The notes below the pieces were generated by a model, which saw only the letters and a program-made list of their open reading frames with translations, was not told the DNA's origin and did not search any database. A program made the translations under genes and the position numbers. A DNA stretch of 64,000 nt from Diplonema japonicum (lineage: Eukaryota > Protista > Euglenozoa: Diplonemea). Of this stretch, positions 11,551 to 22,658 are shown piece after piece; positions within the stretch are counted from its first letter, which is position 1, and every line of letters starts with the position of its first letter. Location: contig OZ025694.1 of assembly GCA_964019335.1 (NCBI GenBank), forward strand, positions 434,001 to 498,000, written 5' to 3'.

Positions 11551-14500
11551 ATGAGCAGTATCAGGGTATTGTTGCTCGTGGCGTGCTGCACGTGGCTTGC
11601 GGGTGCAGCCACCATCAACCTGCGGTTCACAACAGGTAATACGGGCAGCAGTGGGTCGGGACACCGATTCTGGCCTATCATTTATGCAGGCACAACAACC
11701 TGCGGAACCGGTTCCATAAACAGCCCTGGGGTCAATGACGTAGACACTGTGTCTGGCTCGTGCTCCTTCGATGCCAAGGATGTTACGCAAATACGTGTCC
11801 CTGCCCCTGGAGGGGATGGCTGGCTTATATCGAAAATAGAACTTTATGAACAAGGCGCATGGATGCGGTTATGGGCCATCAACGTCGGGCCCCGCTTTGA
11901 CACTTGGGTTGACGAAGACCCCGCAGAGCCGTACTACATGACTGGCATTTTTGAGAAGCTCCCTTTGCGGCTGCTTACCAGGACTCTCAGTGGAAATAAT
12001 GGAAATTCCGGTGCTACTTTTACTCCAAGTTTCGTCTCCACCACTGGTGCTACCTGTGCTGGTACGGTCGTCTCGTCTCCCGCGTTGAGCTCTTCACACT
12101 GGAGTGTTGCAGGGTGTTGGACCACTCCCATCGACCGCGTGGAGATCCCCGCCCCCAGCACTGACTCTTGGGACCTCGAAGCCGCCTACATCGACAAAGG
12201 GGGAGGGGTCTATGAGCAGTGGATTGCTGTTAACGAGCGGCCGCCCACCTTCAAGCCCATCATCGACACCAACTCAGGTTCGCAGTACCTTCGTTGTATT
12301 CTCCGTCCTCCTACTTTTAGAGTCCGCACCGTGACGCAGAACTGGGGGTCTGCTGATTCGTCATACACTTATGAACCAAAGTTCATCTCCAAATCAGGCA
12401 CAGTCTGCTCCGGTACCGGTGTTGCCTCCCCAGGGAGAGGGAGCAGCATCTGGTCATACGGTGCATGCACCTTCCCTGTGAGCGAGCTGGACCGTGTGGA
12501 GATCTCGAACAAAGGGAACGACGGGTGGGACATTAACTCACTCTTCGTTGAGATAGCACCAGGCATTCAGATTCAGTGGTGGGCTGTGAACGAGTCCCCT
12601 CCGCAGTGGGACACTATGATCGACGGTGACGGGAATTCTAATCACCGCAAGTGCATCTACAAGGTTCCTGATACTGATGCACCCCCAACGCCAGCACCCG
12701 ATACTCCTGCACCAGACACTGCAATCCCAACATCGGCACCAGACACACCATTCCCTGACACCACTGCACCCGACACGGCAATACCCACATCGGCACCAGA
12801 CACGCCATTCCCTGACACCACTGCACCTGACACCGCTATCCCAACATCGGCACCTGACACACCATTCCCTGACACGGCCATCCCCACTTCGGCACCTGAC
12901 ACACCAGCACCTGACACTGCTATTCCCACTACTGCCCCAGACACACCAGCACCTGACACCGCAATTCCCACTACTGCTCCAGACACACCGGCACCTGACA
13001 CCGCAATTCCCACTACTGCCCCGGACACACCAGCACCTGATACCGCGATTCCCACAACTGCCCCAGACACACCGGCACCTGACACCGCTATTCCCACAAC
13101 TGCCCCAGACACACCGGCACCTGACACTGCAATTCCCACTACCGCCCCTGACACACCAGCACCTGACACCGCGATTCCCACTTCTGCCCCGGACACACCG
13201 GCACCTGACACCGCGGTTCCTACTACTGCTCCGGACACACTGGCACCTGATACCGCGATTCCCACTTCTGCTCCAGACACACCAGCACCTGACACCGCAA
13301 TTCCCACTTCTGCTCCAGACACACCGGCACCTGATACCGCGATTCCCACAACTGCCCCAGACACACCAGCACCTGACACCGCGATTCCCACTTCTGCTCC
13401 GGACACACCAGCACCTGACACCGCAATTCCCACTACTGCCCCAGACACACCAGCACCTGACACCGCAATTCCTACTTCTGCTCCAGACACACCGGCACCA
13501 GACACCGCGATTCCCACTTCTGCTCCGGACACACCAGCACCTGATACCGCAATTCCCACTACTGCCCCAGACACACCAGCACCTGATACCGCGATTCCCA
13601 CAACTGCCCCAGACACACCGGCACCTGACACTGCAATTCCCACTACTGCCCCAGACACACCAGCACCTGACACCGCAATTCCCACTACTGCCCCAGACAC
13701 ACCGGCACCTGATACCGCGATTCCCACTTCTGCTCCGGACACACCAGCACCTGACACCGCAACTCCCACTACTGCCCCAGACACACCGGCACCTGACACT
13801 GCAATTCCCACTTCTGCCCCAGACACACCAGCACCTGACACCGCAATTCCCACTACCGCCCCAGACACACCAGCACCTGATACCGCAATTCCCACTACTG
13901 CTCCAGACACACCAGCACCTGACACCGCAATTCCCACTACTGCCCCGGACACACCAGCACCTGATACCGCGATTCCCACAACTGCCCCAGACACACCGGC
14001 ACCTGACACCGCTATTCCCACAACTGCCCCAGACACACCGGCACCTGACACTGCAATTCCCACTACCGCCCCTGACACACCAGCACCTGACACCGCGATT
14101 CCCACTTCTGCCCCGGACACACCGGCACCTGACACCGCGGTTCCTACTACTGCTCCGGACACACTGGCACCTGATACCGCGATTCCCACTTCTGCTCCAG
14201 ACACACCAGCACCTGACACCGCGATTCCCACTTCTGCTCCAGACACACCGGCACCTGACACTGCAATTCCCACTACTGCCCCAGACACACCAGCACCTGA
14301 CACCGCAATTCCCACTACTGCCCCAGACACACCGGCACCTGATACTGCGATTCCCACTTCTGCTCCGGACACACCAGCACCTGACACCGCAACTCCCACT
14401 ACTGCCCCAGACACACCGGCACCTGACACTGCAATTCCCACTTCTGCCCCAGACACACCAGCACCTGACACCGCAATTCCCACTACCGCCCCAGACACAC

Positions 14501-17500
14501 CAGCACCTGATACCGCAATTCCCACTTCTGCTCCAGACACACCAGCACCTGACACCGCAATTCCCACTACCGCCCCAGACACACCAGCACCTGATACCGC
14601 AATTCCCACTTCTGCTCCAGACACACCAGCACCTGACACCGCAATTCCCACTACCGCCCCTGACACACCGGCACCTGACACCGCGGTTCCTACTACTGCC
14701 CCGGACACACCAGCACCTGATACTGCGATTCCCACTTCTGCTCCGGACACACCGGCACCTGACACCGCTATTCCCACTACTGCCCCAGACACACCGGCAC
14801 CTGACACCGCAATTCCCACTTCTGCTCCGGACACACCGGCACCTGACACTGCAATTCCCACAACTGCCCCTGACACACCGGCACCAGACACCGCGATTCC
14901 CACTTCTGCTCCGGACACACCAGCACCTGACACCGCTATCCCAACATCGCCACCCGACACCATAGCACCGGACACCACGATCCCTACTTCGGCACCTGAT
15001 ACACCAGCACCGGACACCTCAACCCCAACATCGGCACCTGATACCACAGCACCTGACACAGCAATTCCAACATCGGCACCTGATACAACAGCACCTGACA
15101 CCGCAATCCCTACTGCGTCACCTGGCACAGTAGCTCCTGACACTGTGGTTCCTACTTCAGCGCCAGACACAACAGCACCTGACACCGCGATCCCAACATC
15201 GGTACCTGACACAACAGCACCGGACACCGCAATCCCTACTGCGTCACCCAACACGGTAGCTCCCGACACCGCAATCCCTTCCTCTGTACCTGATACAACA
15301 GCTCCCGACACCGCTATCCCAACATCGGCTCCGGACACCACAACCCCCAGCACTGCTTCCCCTACTGTTTCCCCGGACACACCGTCGCCTGACACCGCAA
15401 CATCGGCACCTGACACTATTGCACCGAACACCGCGATCCCTACTGCGACACCTGACACAGTAGCTCCTGACACTGTGGTTCCTACTTCAGCGCCAGACAC
15501 AACAGCACCAACGCCAACTTCGGCACCTGACACTGCAATCCCTTCCTCTGTACCTGATACACCAGCTCCCGACACCGCTATCCCAACTTCGGCACCTGAC
15601 ACAACAGCCCCCGTCACTGTGGTTCCTACTTCTACGCCCGATACCACAGCACCTGATACCGCAACCCCAACATCTGCTCCCAACACACCCGCTCCCGACA
15701 CCTCAGTTCCGACAACAGCACCAGATACCACAGTGCCAGACACCGCAACCCCAACATCGGCACCTGACACTGCAATCCCTTCCTCTGTACCTGATACAAC
15801 AGCTCCCGACACCGCTATCCCAACATCGGCTCCGGACACCACAACCCCCAGCACTGCTTCCCCTACTGTTTCCCCGGACACACCGTCGCCTGACACCGCA
15901 ATCCCAACATCGGCACCTGACACTATTGCACCGAACACCGCGATCCCTACTGCGACACCTGACACAGTAGCTCCTGACACTGTGGTTCCTACTTCAGCGC
16001 CAGACACAACAGCACCAACGCCAACTTCGGCACCTGACACTGCAATCCCTTCCTCTGTACCTGATACACCAGCTCCCGACACCGCTATCCCAACTTCGGC
16101 ACCTGACACAACAGCCCCCGTCACTGTGGTTCCTACTTCTACGCCCGATACCACAGCACCTGATACCGCAACCCCAACATCTGCTCCCAACACACCCGCT
16201 CCCGACACCTCAGTTCCGACAACAGCACCAGATACCACAGTGCCAGACACCGCAACCCCAACATCGGCACCTGACACTGCAATCCCTTCCTCTGTACCTG
16301 ATACAACAGCTCCCGACACCGCTATCCCAACATCGGCTCCGGACACCACAACCCCCAGCACTGCTTCCCCTACTGTTTCCCCGGGCACACCGTCGCCTGA
16401 CACCGCGGCACCAACACCTGCTCCCAACACACCCGCTCCCGACACCTCAGTCCCGACAACAGCCCCAGATACTGTTACTCCCGCTCTCAACACTGCGATC
16501 CCAACATCGGCACCCGATACACCTTCCCCTGACACTGCGATCCCTTCTTCTGTCACCTCGGTACCGACATCTGCCCCTGACACACTGGCACCAGGACCCG
16601 TTACCACAGCCATCCCCACTTCGGCCCCTGACACAGCAATGCCCACTTCCCAACCTGACACAGCGGCACCCGACACAGTGGTCCCAACATCGGCCCCTGA
16701 TACCTCGGCACCCAACACCGCGAATCCTACCCTTGCACCCGACACTGCAGTCCCAACATCAGTCCCCGATACAACGACACCTGGGACACCGGCACCCGAC
16801 ACGGTGGTTCCAACATCTGTTCCGGATACATCTGCTCCCGACACAGCAAGCCCTACATCTTCCCCTGACACTGCGGCACCTACATCGGCACCTGACACAC
16901 TGGCACCAGATACTGTTGTGCCCACCTCAGTACCAACAACAGTCCCAACGGTCAGTCCTGGAACGACACAAGTACCGACCACAAGTCCCTTGACTTCGGT
17001 TCCAACACCTTCACCTGACACTTCGATACCTACCTCAACACCGACTCTGAGCCCTGGGACCACAGCGTCCCCAAGCACTCCTTCACCTGATACGGCTTCC
17101 CCTGACACTTCATCCCCTACCTCTGTACCCACTCTGGTCCCTGGAACCACAAGCAGTCCTACTACTTCGAACCCCACAGCGTCCCCTGACACTTCGTCCC
17201 CTACCTCAGTACCTACTCTGGTCCCTGGAACCACAAGCAGCCCACCCACCTTGGCCCCAGCCTCAACACCGACTCTGGTCCCTGGGACCACGGCATCTCC
17301 AAGCACTTCTTCTCCCGATACGGCTTCACCCACAACGTCCCCTGACACTTCGTCCCCTACCTCGGCACCTACTCTGGTCCCTGGAGCGACAAGCAGCCCA
17401 CCCACCTTGGCCCCCGCCTCAACACCGACTCTGAGCCCTAGGACCACGTCATCTCCAAGCACTACTTCTCCGGACACGGCTTCACCCACAATGTCCCCTA

Positions 17501-20019
17501 CCACGGCTTCACCTACCTCAGTACCTACTCTGGTCCCTGGAACGACAAGCAGCCCACCCACCTTGGCCCCCGCCTCAACACCGACTCTGGTCCCTGGGAC
17601 CACGGCATCTCCAAGCACTTCTTCTCCCGATACGGCATCACCCACAACGTCCCCTGATACGGCTTCACCTGACACTTCGTCTCCTATCTCAGTACCTACT
17701 CTGGTCCCTGGAAGGACAAGCAGCCCACCCACCTTGGTCCCTGCCTCAACACCGACTCTAGTCCCTGGAACCACAAGTACGCCCACGGCAGCTCCCACAA
17801 CGACTCCCTCGACTGCTTCACCCACAGCCACCACCACTTCGCCGACATCAGCCCCTGTCACCTTGGGACCGACTGCTGGGATGACCGCTTCACCAGCAGG
17901 GGGGGCTGTTCCGACCGCAATCCCCCCCACCTTAGCTCCTCGTTCTTCTCCCTCGACCCTGCCACCTGTGACCAGCTTGCCTGCTGGGGTAACGCTTTCC
18001 CCAACAACTACTGTAACCTCTTCACCAGGAGGGACAACCACCACCTTCAGTCCCTCAACCTTTTCCCCTGCGGCCGGGGTGACCAGCTTGCCGTCTGTGG
18101 TCACACTCCCTCCAACAACTACTGGAGTAACTCCTTCACCAAGAGGGACAACCACCACCACCTTCAGCCCGTCGACCCTGTCGCCTGTGACTGTGCCTGT
18201 TCCTGGGACAACCCTTCCGCCAGTGACTGCTTCCCCTGCAGGGACTACGACGAGCACCTTCAGCCCGTCGACCCTGTCCCCTGCGATCGGTGTACCCCCG
18301 ACAGCTTCCCCAGGAGGAGGAGGATCGATCCCCACATCCTCCCCCTTCATGATACCAACCTTCACCCCGCCTGTAGTCCCCACCTTCACCCCGCCTATGG
18401 TCCCTACCTTTTCTCCTCCTGCTGCACCCACCTTTACCCCTCCTTCTCCATCGGTTCCCACCTTTTCCCCAAGCACCTTGTCTCCGTCAGGGACGGGGCC
18501 AGCCACCACCGCCGCACCCTCATCGCCGGGGAGCACCTTCGAACCCAGCACCTTGTCTCCTGGCAGCACCTTCTCGCCGCCGACGACCTTGGTGCCGGGG
18601 ACGACGGAAGCTCCTGGTGGTGGTGCTGGGGGAACGACAACACTGTCTCCTGGCAGCACCTTGTCCCCGGGTGGCGGGACCCCAGCCACCTTCGCCCCAT
18701 CGATCTTGGTCCCCCCCGGGGCCACACTCGCACCTGGGACCACACTTTCACCCGGAACGACGCTTTCACCTGGAACGAACACTTCGTCGTCCCCTTCAGG
18801 GGGTGGTGGGGGGACGCCTATTCCTTTGGGCGTGGAGAAGCCTCCAGCGAACGATGATGATGGCGACAGCTGGTTGTGGCTGCTTCTGCTTTTGTTGCTC
18901 CTCCTCCTCTGTTGCTGCCTGTTACTCTTGCTCCTCGCGTGGAGGAAGAGGAAGGCGAAGGAGCAGCAACAGCAGCAGCAGGGAGGGAAGTGGGACATGC
19001 ACAGCGGGCACGTGGGGAGGGAGGACCCGATGTACGGCGAGCTGGCGTCACCACTGCATCACGAGGCGGACAACAACCCGAGGGCAGAGGACAGCTTGTA
19101 TCCAGCTTTGACAGAGCCCATGAAGCCTATTCTTCCACCGAAGCCCGAATGGCAACCCGATGCGGACGAGCCGAACAGAGCAGACGACAAGGCGGCTGGG
19201 CTTGTTTCGCCCCCCATACTGCCTCCAATGCATTGGTCTCCTGATTCAGACGGGCAAAACAAGACAAATAACAAGGCTGCTAGAGGTGATGAATGGACAC
19301 CTGATTGGGACGAACCGAACATGGCAAGAGACGACGTGCGGCAGCAGGGTGACAAGTCGATTCAGGGGAACAGTGTATTGAGGAGCCTTCCCAGCAGCGA
19401 CAGCAGCAGGCCGGAGGACGCCTCGTTCGCAGAGCTCGACATCACGAAGGCCTCCCCGCCGCCACAGCTGCAGAACATATCGAGCCCGCTGAAGCGGCCG
19501 CACAGGGGGCCAAGGAGTTACAGGAGGTCGCCTGCCGTGTCGTCAGCAGCGTCGCCGTCACCCATGTCGTCTCCTTTGTCGCCACCAGTGCTGCAGAACG
19601 TGCCACCCAAGGTGCCGAAGAGGAAGACGCGGCCGATGGCGGAGCTGGCCTCGTTCGACCCTGCATGGGGGGAGGAGTCCGCTGCCTCTGGGCTGAGTGT
19701 CACCCCTGGGTTGAGCGTCGCGAAGGAACCTCTGGAGCCGTACACACCACCATCATTCACGACAGAGGGGTCGCGGCAGGCACTGCTGAACCGCAGCGGG
19801 AGGCTGACGAACCCATTGACCCCCTCCACGAAGGGGGGAGAGGCCTCTTGGGCAAACATGAGCATGCTCAGCATTGGCGGGTCAAGTGGGAGGACTCCTC
19901 TGGGGCAGTACTCCACACCTTCCATCACGACAGAGGGGTCTCGGAAGACACTGCTCTCGCGCAGCAGCAAGCGGTCCACCAAGCCGCTGGAACAAGATCT
20001 GAGTGCGTTTCAAGTTTAA
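11551..20019 (+). CDS. Giant mucin-like type I membrane protein (gene B): signal peptide, 3 PLAT-like domains, Thr/Pro/Ser stalk, TM helix, cytoplasmic tail
   Basis: First ATG at 11551 follows a polypyrimidine tract and AG. Signal peptide MSSIRVLLLVACCTWLAGAA. TM segment WLWLLLLLLLLLLCCCLLLLLLAW-RKRK near 18871-18942. Confidence 0.9.
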   Translation: MSSIRVLLLVACCTWLAGAATINLRFTTGNTGSSGSGHRFWPIIYAGTTTCGTGSINSPGVNDVDTVSGSCSFDAKDVTQIRVPAPGGDGWLISKIELYEQGAWMRLWAINVGPRFDTWVDEDPAEPYYMTGIFEKLPLRLLTRTLSGNNGNSGATFTPSFVSTTGATCAGTVVSSPALSSSHWSVAGCWTTPIDRVEIPAPSTDSWDLEAAYIDKGGGVYEQWIAVNERPPTFKPIIDTNSGSQYLRCILRPPTFRVRTVTQNWGSADSSYTYEPKFISKSGTVCSGTGVASPGRGSSIWSYGACTFPVSELDRVEISNKGNDGWDINSLFVEIAPGIQIQWWAVNESPPQWDTMIDGDGNSNHRKCIYKVPDTDAPPTPAPDTPAPDTAIPTSAPDTPFPDTTAPDTAIPTSAPDTPFPDTTAPDTAIPTSAPDTPFPDTAIPTSAPDTPAPDTAIPTTAPDTPAPDTAIPTTAPDTPAPDTAIPTTAPDTPAPDTAIPTTAPDTPAPDTAIPTTAPDTPAPDTAIPTTAPDTPAPDTAIPTSAPDTPAPDTAVPTTAPDTLAPDTAIPTSAPDTPAPDTAIPTSAPDTPAPDTAIPTTAPDTPAPDTAIPTSAPDTPAPDTAIPTTAPDTPAPDTAIPTSAPDTPAPDTAIPTSAPDTPAPDTAIPTTAPDTPAPDTAIPTTAPDTPAPDTAIPTTAPDTPAPDTAIPTTAPDTPAPDTAIPTSAPDTPAPDTATPTTAPDTPAPDTAIPTSAPDTPAPDTAIPTTAPDTPAPDTAIPTTAPDTPAPDTAIPTTAPDTPAPDTAIPTTAPDTPAPDTAIPTTAPDTPAPDTAIPTTAPDTPAPDTAIPTSAPDTPAPDTAVPTTAPDTLAPDTAIPTSAPDTPAPDTAIPTSAPDTPAPDTAIPTTAPDTPAPDTAIPTTAPDTPAPDTAIPTSAPDTPAPDTATPTTAPDTPAPDTAIPTSAPDTPAPDTAIPTTAPDTPAPDTAIPTSAPDTPAPDTAIPTTAPDTPAPDTAIPTSAPDTPAPDTAIPTTAPDTPAPDTAVPTTAPDTPAPDTAIPTSAPDTPAPDTAIPTTAPDTPAPDTAIPTSAPDTPAPDTAIPTTAPDTPAPDTAIPTSAPDTPAPDTAIPTSPPDTIAPDTTIPTSAPDTPAPDTSTPTSAPDTTAPDTAIPTSAPDTTAPDTAIPTASPGTVAPDTVVPTSAPDTTAPDTAIPTSVPDTTAPDTAIPTASPNTVAPDTAIPSSVPDTTAPDTAIPTSAPDTTTPSTASPTVSPDTPSPDTATSAPDTIAPNTAIPTATPDTVAPDTVVPTSAPDTTAPTPTSAPDTAIPSSVPDTPAPDTAIPTSAPDTTAPVTVVPTSTPDTTAPDTATPTSAPNTPAPDTSVPTTAPDTTVPDTATPTSAPDTAIPSSVPDTTAPDTAIPTSAPDTTTPSTASPTVSPDTPSPDTAIPTSAPDTIAPNTAIPTATPDTVAPDTVVPTSAPDTTAPTPTSAPDTAIPSSVPDTPAPDTAIPTSAPDTTAPVTVVPTSTPDTTAPDTATPTSAPNTPAPDTSVPTTAPDTTVPDTATPTSAPDTAIPSSVPDTTAPDTAIPTSAPDTTTPSTASPTVSPGTPSPDTAAPTPAPNTPAPDTSVPTTAPDTVTPALNTAIPTSAPDTPSPDTAIPSSVTSVPTSAPDTLAPGPVTTAIPTSAPDTAMPTSQPDTAAPDTVVPTSAPDTSAPNTANPTLAPDTAVPTSVPDTTTPGTPAPDTVVPTSVPDTSAPDTASPTSSPDTAAPTSAPDTLAPDTVVPTSVPTTVPTVSPGTTQVPTTSPLTSVPTPSPDTSIPTSTPTLSPGTTASPSTPSPDTASPDTSSPTSVPTLVPGTTSSPTTSNPTASPDTSSPTSVPTLVPGTTSSPPTLAPASTPTLVPGTTASPSTSSPDTASPTTSPDTSSPTSAPTLVPGATSSPPTLAPASTPTLSPRTTSSPSTTSPDTASPTMSPTTASPTSVPTLVPGTTSSPPTLAPASTPTLVPGTTASPSTSSPDTASPTTSPDTASPDTSSPISVPTLVPGRTSSPPTLVPASTPTLVPGTTSTPTAAPTTTPSTASPTATTTSPTSAPVTLGPTAGMTASPAGGAVPTAIPPTLAPRSSPSTLPPVTSLPAGVTLSPTTTVTSSPGGTTTTFSPSTFSPAAGVTSLPSVVTLPPTTTGVTPSPRGTTTTTFSPSTLSPVTVPVPGTTLPPVTASPAGTTTSTFSPSTLSPAIGVPPTASPGGGGSIPTSSPFMIPTFTPPVVPTFTPPMVPTFSPPAAPTFTPPSPSVPTFSPSTLSPSGTGPATTAAPSSPGSTFEPSTLSPGSTFSPPTTLVPGTTEAPGGGAGGTTTLSPGSTLSPGGGTPATFAPSILVPPGATLAPGTTLSPGTTLSPGTNTSSSPSGGGGGTPIPLGVEKPPANDDDGDSWLWLLLLLLLLLLCCCLLLLLLAWRKRKAKEQQQQQQGGKWDMHSGHVGREDPMYGELASPLHHEADNNPRAEDSLYPALTEPMKPILPPKPEWQPDADEPNRADDKAAGLVSPPILPPMHWSPDSDGQNKTNNKAARGDEWTPDWDEPNMARDDVRQQGDKSIQGNSVLRSLPSSDSSRPEDASFAELDITKASPPPQLQNISSPLKRPHRGPRSYRRSPAVSSAASPSPMSSPLSPPVLQNVPPKVPKRKTRPMAELASFDPAWGEESAASGLSVTPGLSVAKEPLEPYTPPSFTTEGSRQALLNRSGRLTNPLTPSTKGGEASWANMSMLSIGGSSGRTPLGQYSTPSITTEGSRKTLLSRSSKRSTKPLEQDLSAFQV
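12871..14947 (+). repeat. 42-bp coding minisatellite PDTPAPDTAIPT(T/S)A, about 49 units
   Basis: Contiguous tandem units. Variant units recur at offsets of 924 bp (22 units) and 630 bp (15 units). Confidence 0.95.
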
Positions 20020-20085
20020 GTTTAAATAGCGCCCCATATATCTAAACCCGTCTGGCAATCCTGAACTTGCTCTAAAGGGGCAACA
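15600..20085 (+). repeat. Near-identical duplicate of 26135-30557 (3' half and start of 3' UTR of genes B and C)
   Basis: Constant offsets of 10535 then 10472 bp. Identity is broken by indels before the TM segment and by 19106-19382 versus 29635-29854. Confidence 0.9.
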
Positions 20086-20727
20086 GAGGAAGCCGGTAGG
20101 TTCAGTTCCCGAGGGAGGGTTCTTTCCAGCATTCCGAAAAAATGCACAAAGATCAATTGTCAGAAGACGGAGCGCAAAACGCGAAACAAGTTCATTGCAG
20201 CCTTTCGTTTTGAGAAAATCGCAATTTTCAGTGGAATGCTGGACGGGTTTAGAGATATGTGGCGTAAGTAACCTAATATTAAATAGGAGGGAAGAAAGTC
20301 TTCTTCCTTTTCCTTCTTCTTTCTTCTTTCTTCTTCCCTCTTTCTGTTTTTCTTCCCCACTTTCGCCACCAGATAATGGTTCCAAACCTGTTCCCACAGT
20401 ACAGGTCTTTTTTCTTTTAACCCGATCCTCTCCTCGTAACAAGTCCTTACTTTTTTTTTGTTTCGTCTTGTTTCAAGAATCTTGTCTAAAGTCACATTGT
20501 GCTTGTGTTTTAATTGTAATTTGTGCTTGACTATTGTCTATATAGCAAGACCGATTTTTTTTTTTCCTCTCTCCATAGAGTTGACCAATGCTATGTATAT
20601 TCTTTTTTCTTCTTTGTTTTCGGTACTTGGTGTGGCGAATTTAAAAAAAAAAAAAAAAAAAAAGAAAAGAAAATGAGAAAATGAAAAATTGGTTTGGTCA
20701 TCTATCTCCCCCCCCCCCCCCCCCCCA

Positions 20728-21066
20728 GGGCTATGTTGGCAAAGAAACGCGTTTCCAAGCTTTTTTTTTTTTCAGATTTAACACAGTGCAAGAAAGGAAG
20801 AAACCTTTCCCGGCAAGGAGCAAAACGAGAGTGAGGAGGGAAGGAAGCGATAGATTAACTAAAAGAGCAGAAGACCCGTCAGAAGAGGGACTGCATCAAC
20901 CGTCTGCGAAAGACACTTGTATCCGCCACCGGAACGGAGGTCAAAAAGGTAGCATCAGAAGATAACATTGCATTTTTTTTTTCTTTTAGCCGTTTTTGAA
21001 TGAAAAATATGGAAAACCAGAAACGTTGGGAAGGAATTGTTTCCCATTTCTCTGCCAACATAGCCC
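20728..21066. mobile_element. MITE with 14-bp terminal inverted repeats, between poly-C tracts
   Basis: GGGCTATGTTGGCA at 20728-20741 and TGCCAACATAGCCC at 21053-21066. Same family as 50240-50418. Confidence 0.75.
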
Positions 21067-22658
21067 CCCCCCCCCCCCCCCCCCCCCCCACACACACACA
21101 CTATATGCCACCCGGAACTAAACTGAATGGTGTTCAAATATATTTTTAACATTCTAAGATCCTTCTTTATGCAACACGTGCAACAATAACATGGTTTGTA
21201 AAAAGAGCATAAGTATATCAGTTCACTGCCCGGACCGTGTGCAGGAAGGAAAAGGAAATTGCCAAAGTACTTCCCCCCCCCATGCAGTATTTCATTTCTT
21301 TTTTTTTCCTTCTTTTTCCTTGTCCCTTTCAATCGCTTCAATTCTTCCGGCCTTGTTTTAACAGGGCCCACCCTCTCTCATCCTTCTGCCTCTCTGTTTA
21401 GTGGAGGGGGAAGCAAAGAAAAAAAAGAAAAAAATAAATATTTAGAATGTGCAACTATGAGTGTGTAATGTTTTTTTTTCTCCACCACCCGGTGGCAGCG
21501 TAGGCATTCTAAATTTTCTTTTCTTTCTTCCCCTTCTTTTTTTGTTTCAACCTTTCTTTTTTTGTAAAAGCTCGATTTGCACGACTGTCCAACATACAAG
21601 TATACGACACATTAGTCTCAGTTACTTTTAATTTGTTTTCCGTGCACTCGATTCTAGTAAACTATCTATAGTTTTTTTATTTTATTTTTTTATCTTCTCT
21701 GCAGCTGCCCTTCGTAGGGGCACGTAATCCGTGTCTTACTTTCCTTTGGGTGCTTTGGGGTCCATCTGCACTACCAGGTGTTGCATCGAAGCTATTTCAC
21801 TCTCAGGCTCTCTCAAAAAGAAAACCCCTCATCCTTTTTAAAAGGAAATTGCCCCCCCCTTTTTTTTTTGCTCCCTCCCCCCTCTCCCTTGGTACTCCCT
21901 CAAATTTATTTGTGTGTGAATATCCTTCTCCCCCTCCCCCCCTCCCCAATGGCTGATCTTTTTTTTGGGGGGGAAAAAAAAACGTTTTTCATGATTAAAC
22001 GGGAAGAAAAACAAGAAACACCATATTTTTTTCCCTCTTTTTTTTTCTTTTATTGTAGAATAGCACACACGTTATATCATACCACTGGGCGGCATCTTCC
22101 AGCTGAAGAGAGACCGCATCTCCTCATGGTCCTACCCCCTGAGATTTGCCTTAAACATCGCCTTTTCTTTAAAGAGATATTAAGGTCACTCCATATTATC
22201 CGTATTATTTGACCTAATTAAGTACCCCAGGATAGATTAAAATACCAGATAGGTATTGGTGCGACGTGTGCGCTATTAGTTTAAGAAGAAAAGAAGAAAA
22301 AGAAATGTTGGCAACAACAATCTCTTGCAAGATGTAACACAGATAATCTTATTCACTTGCACATTTTTTTTTTTCTCTCTCTCTTTTTTTTTTTCTTTTT
22401 TTTTTTAAGAAAAAGAAAAGAACAAAATATAAAAAGAAATGACAAAATTCAAAAAGAATAAAAAAAAGAAAAAAAAGAAAACAAAAGAAGAGAAAACGAG
22501 AGGATAAGGGGGAGGGGGGAAGCAAATCATTCTAGCTCTATTCCACCCCCTCCCCTTCTTCAGACTTCTTTTTTTCTCTCTTTTTTGTTTATTTCATCTC
22601 TCTCCCTTTCCTTCATTAAAAATAGATATTACTTCCACTCTGCAAATAGGTGCATAAT

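Noticed and set aside
12871-14947. CRISPR-like periodicity
   Set aside because: Units are contiguous, in-frame and coding, with no unique spacers and no cas genes.
12626-14965. His/Leu/Gln-rich alternate-frame ORFs (also 23800-25752)
   Set aside because: Out-of-frame readings of the 42-bp repeat.
12657-18998. 2113-aa minus-strand ORF, and similar ones at 23765-25675, 25685-29527, 6772-8991 and 6891-7475
   Set aside because: Antisense shadows of Pro/Thr/Ala/Asp repeat codons, which rarely create stops on the opposite strand.
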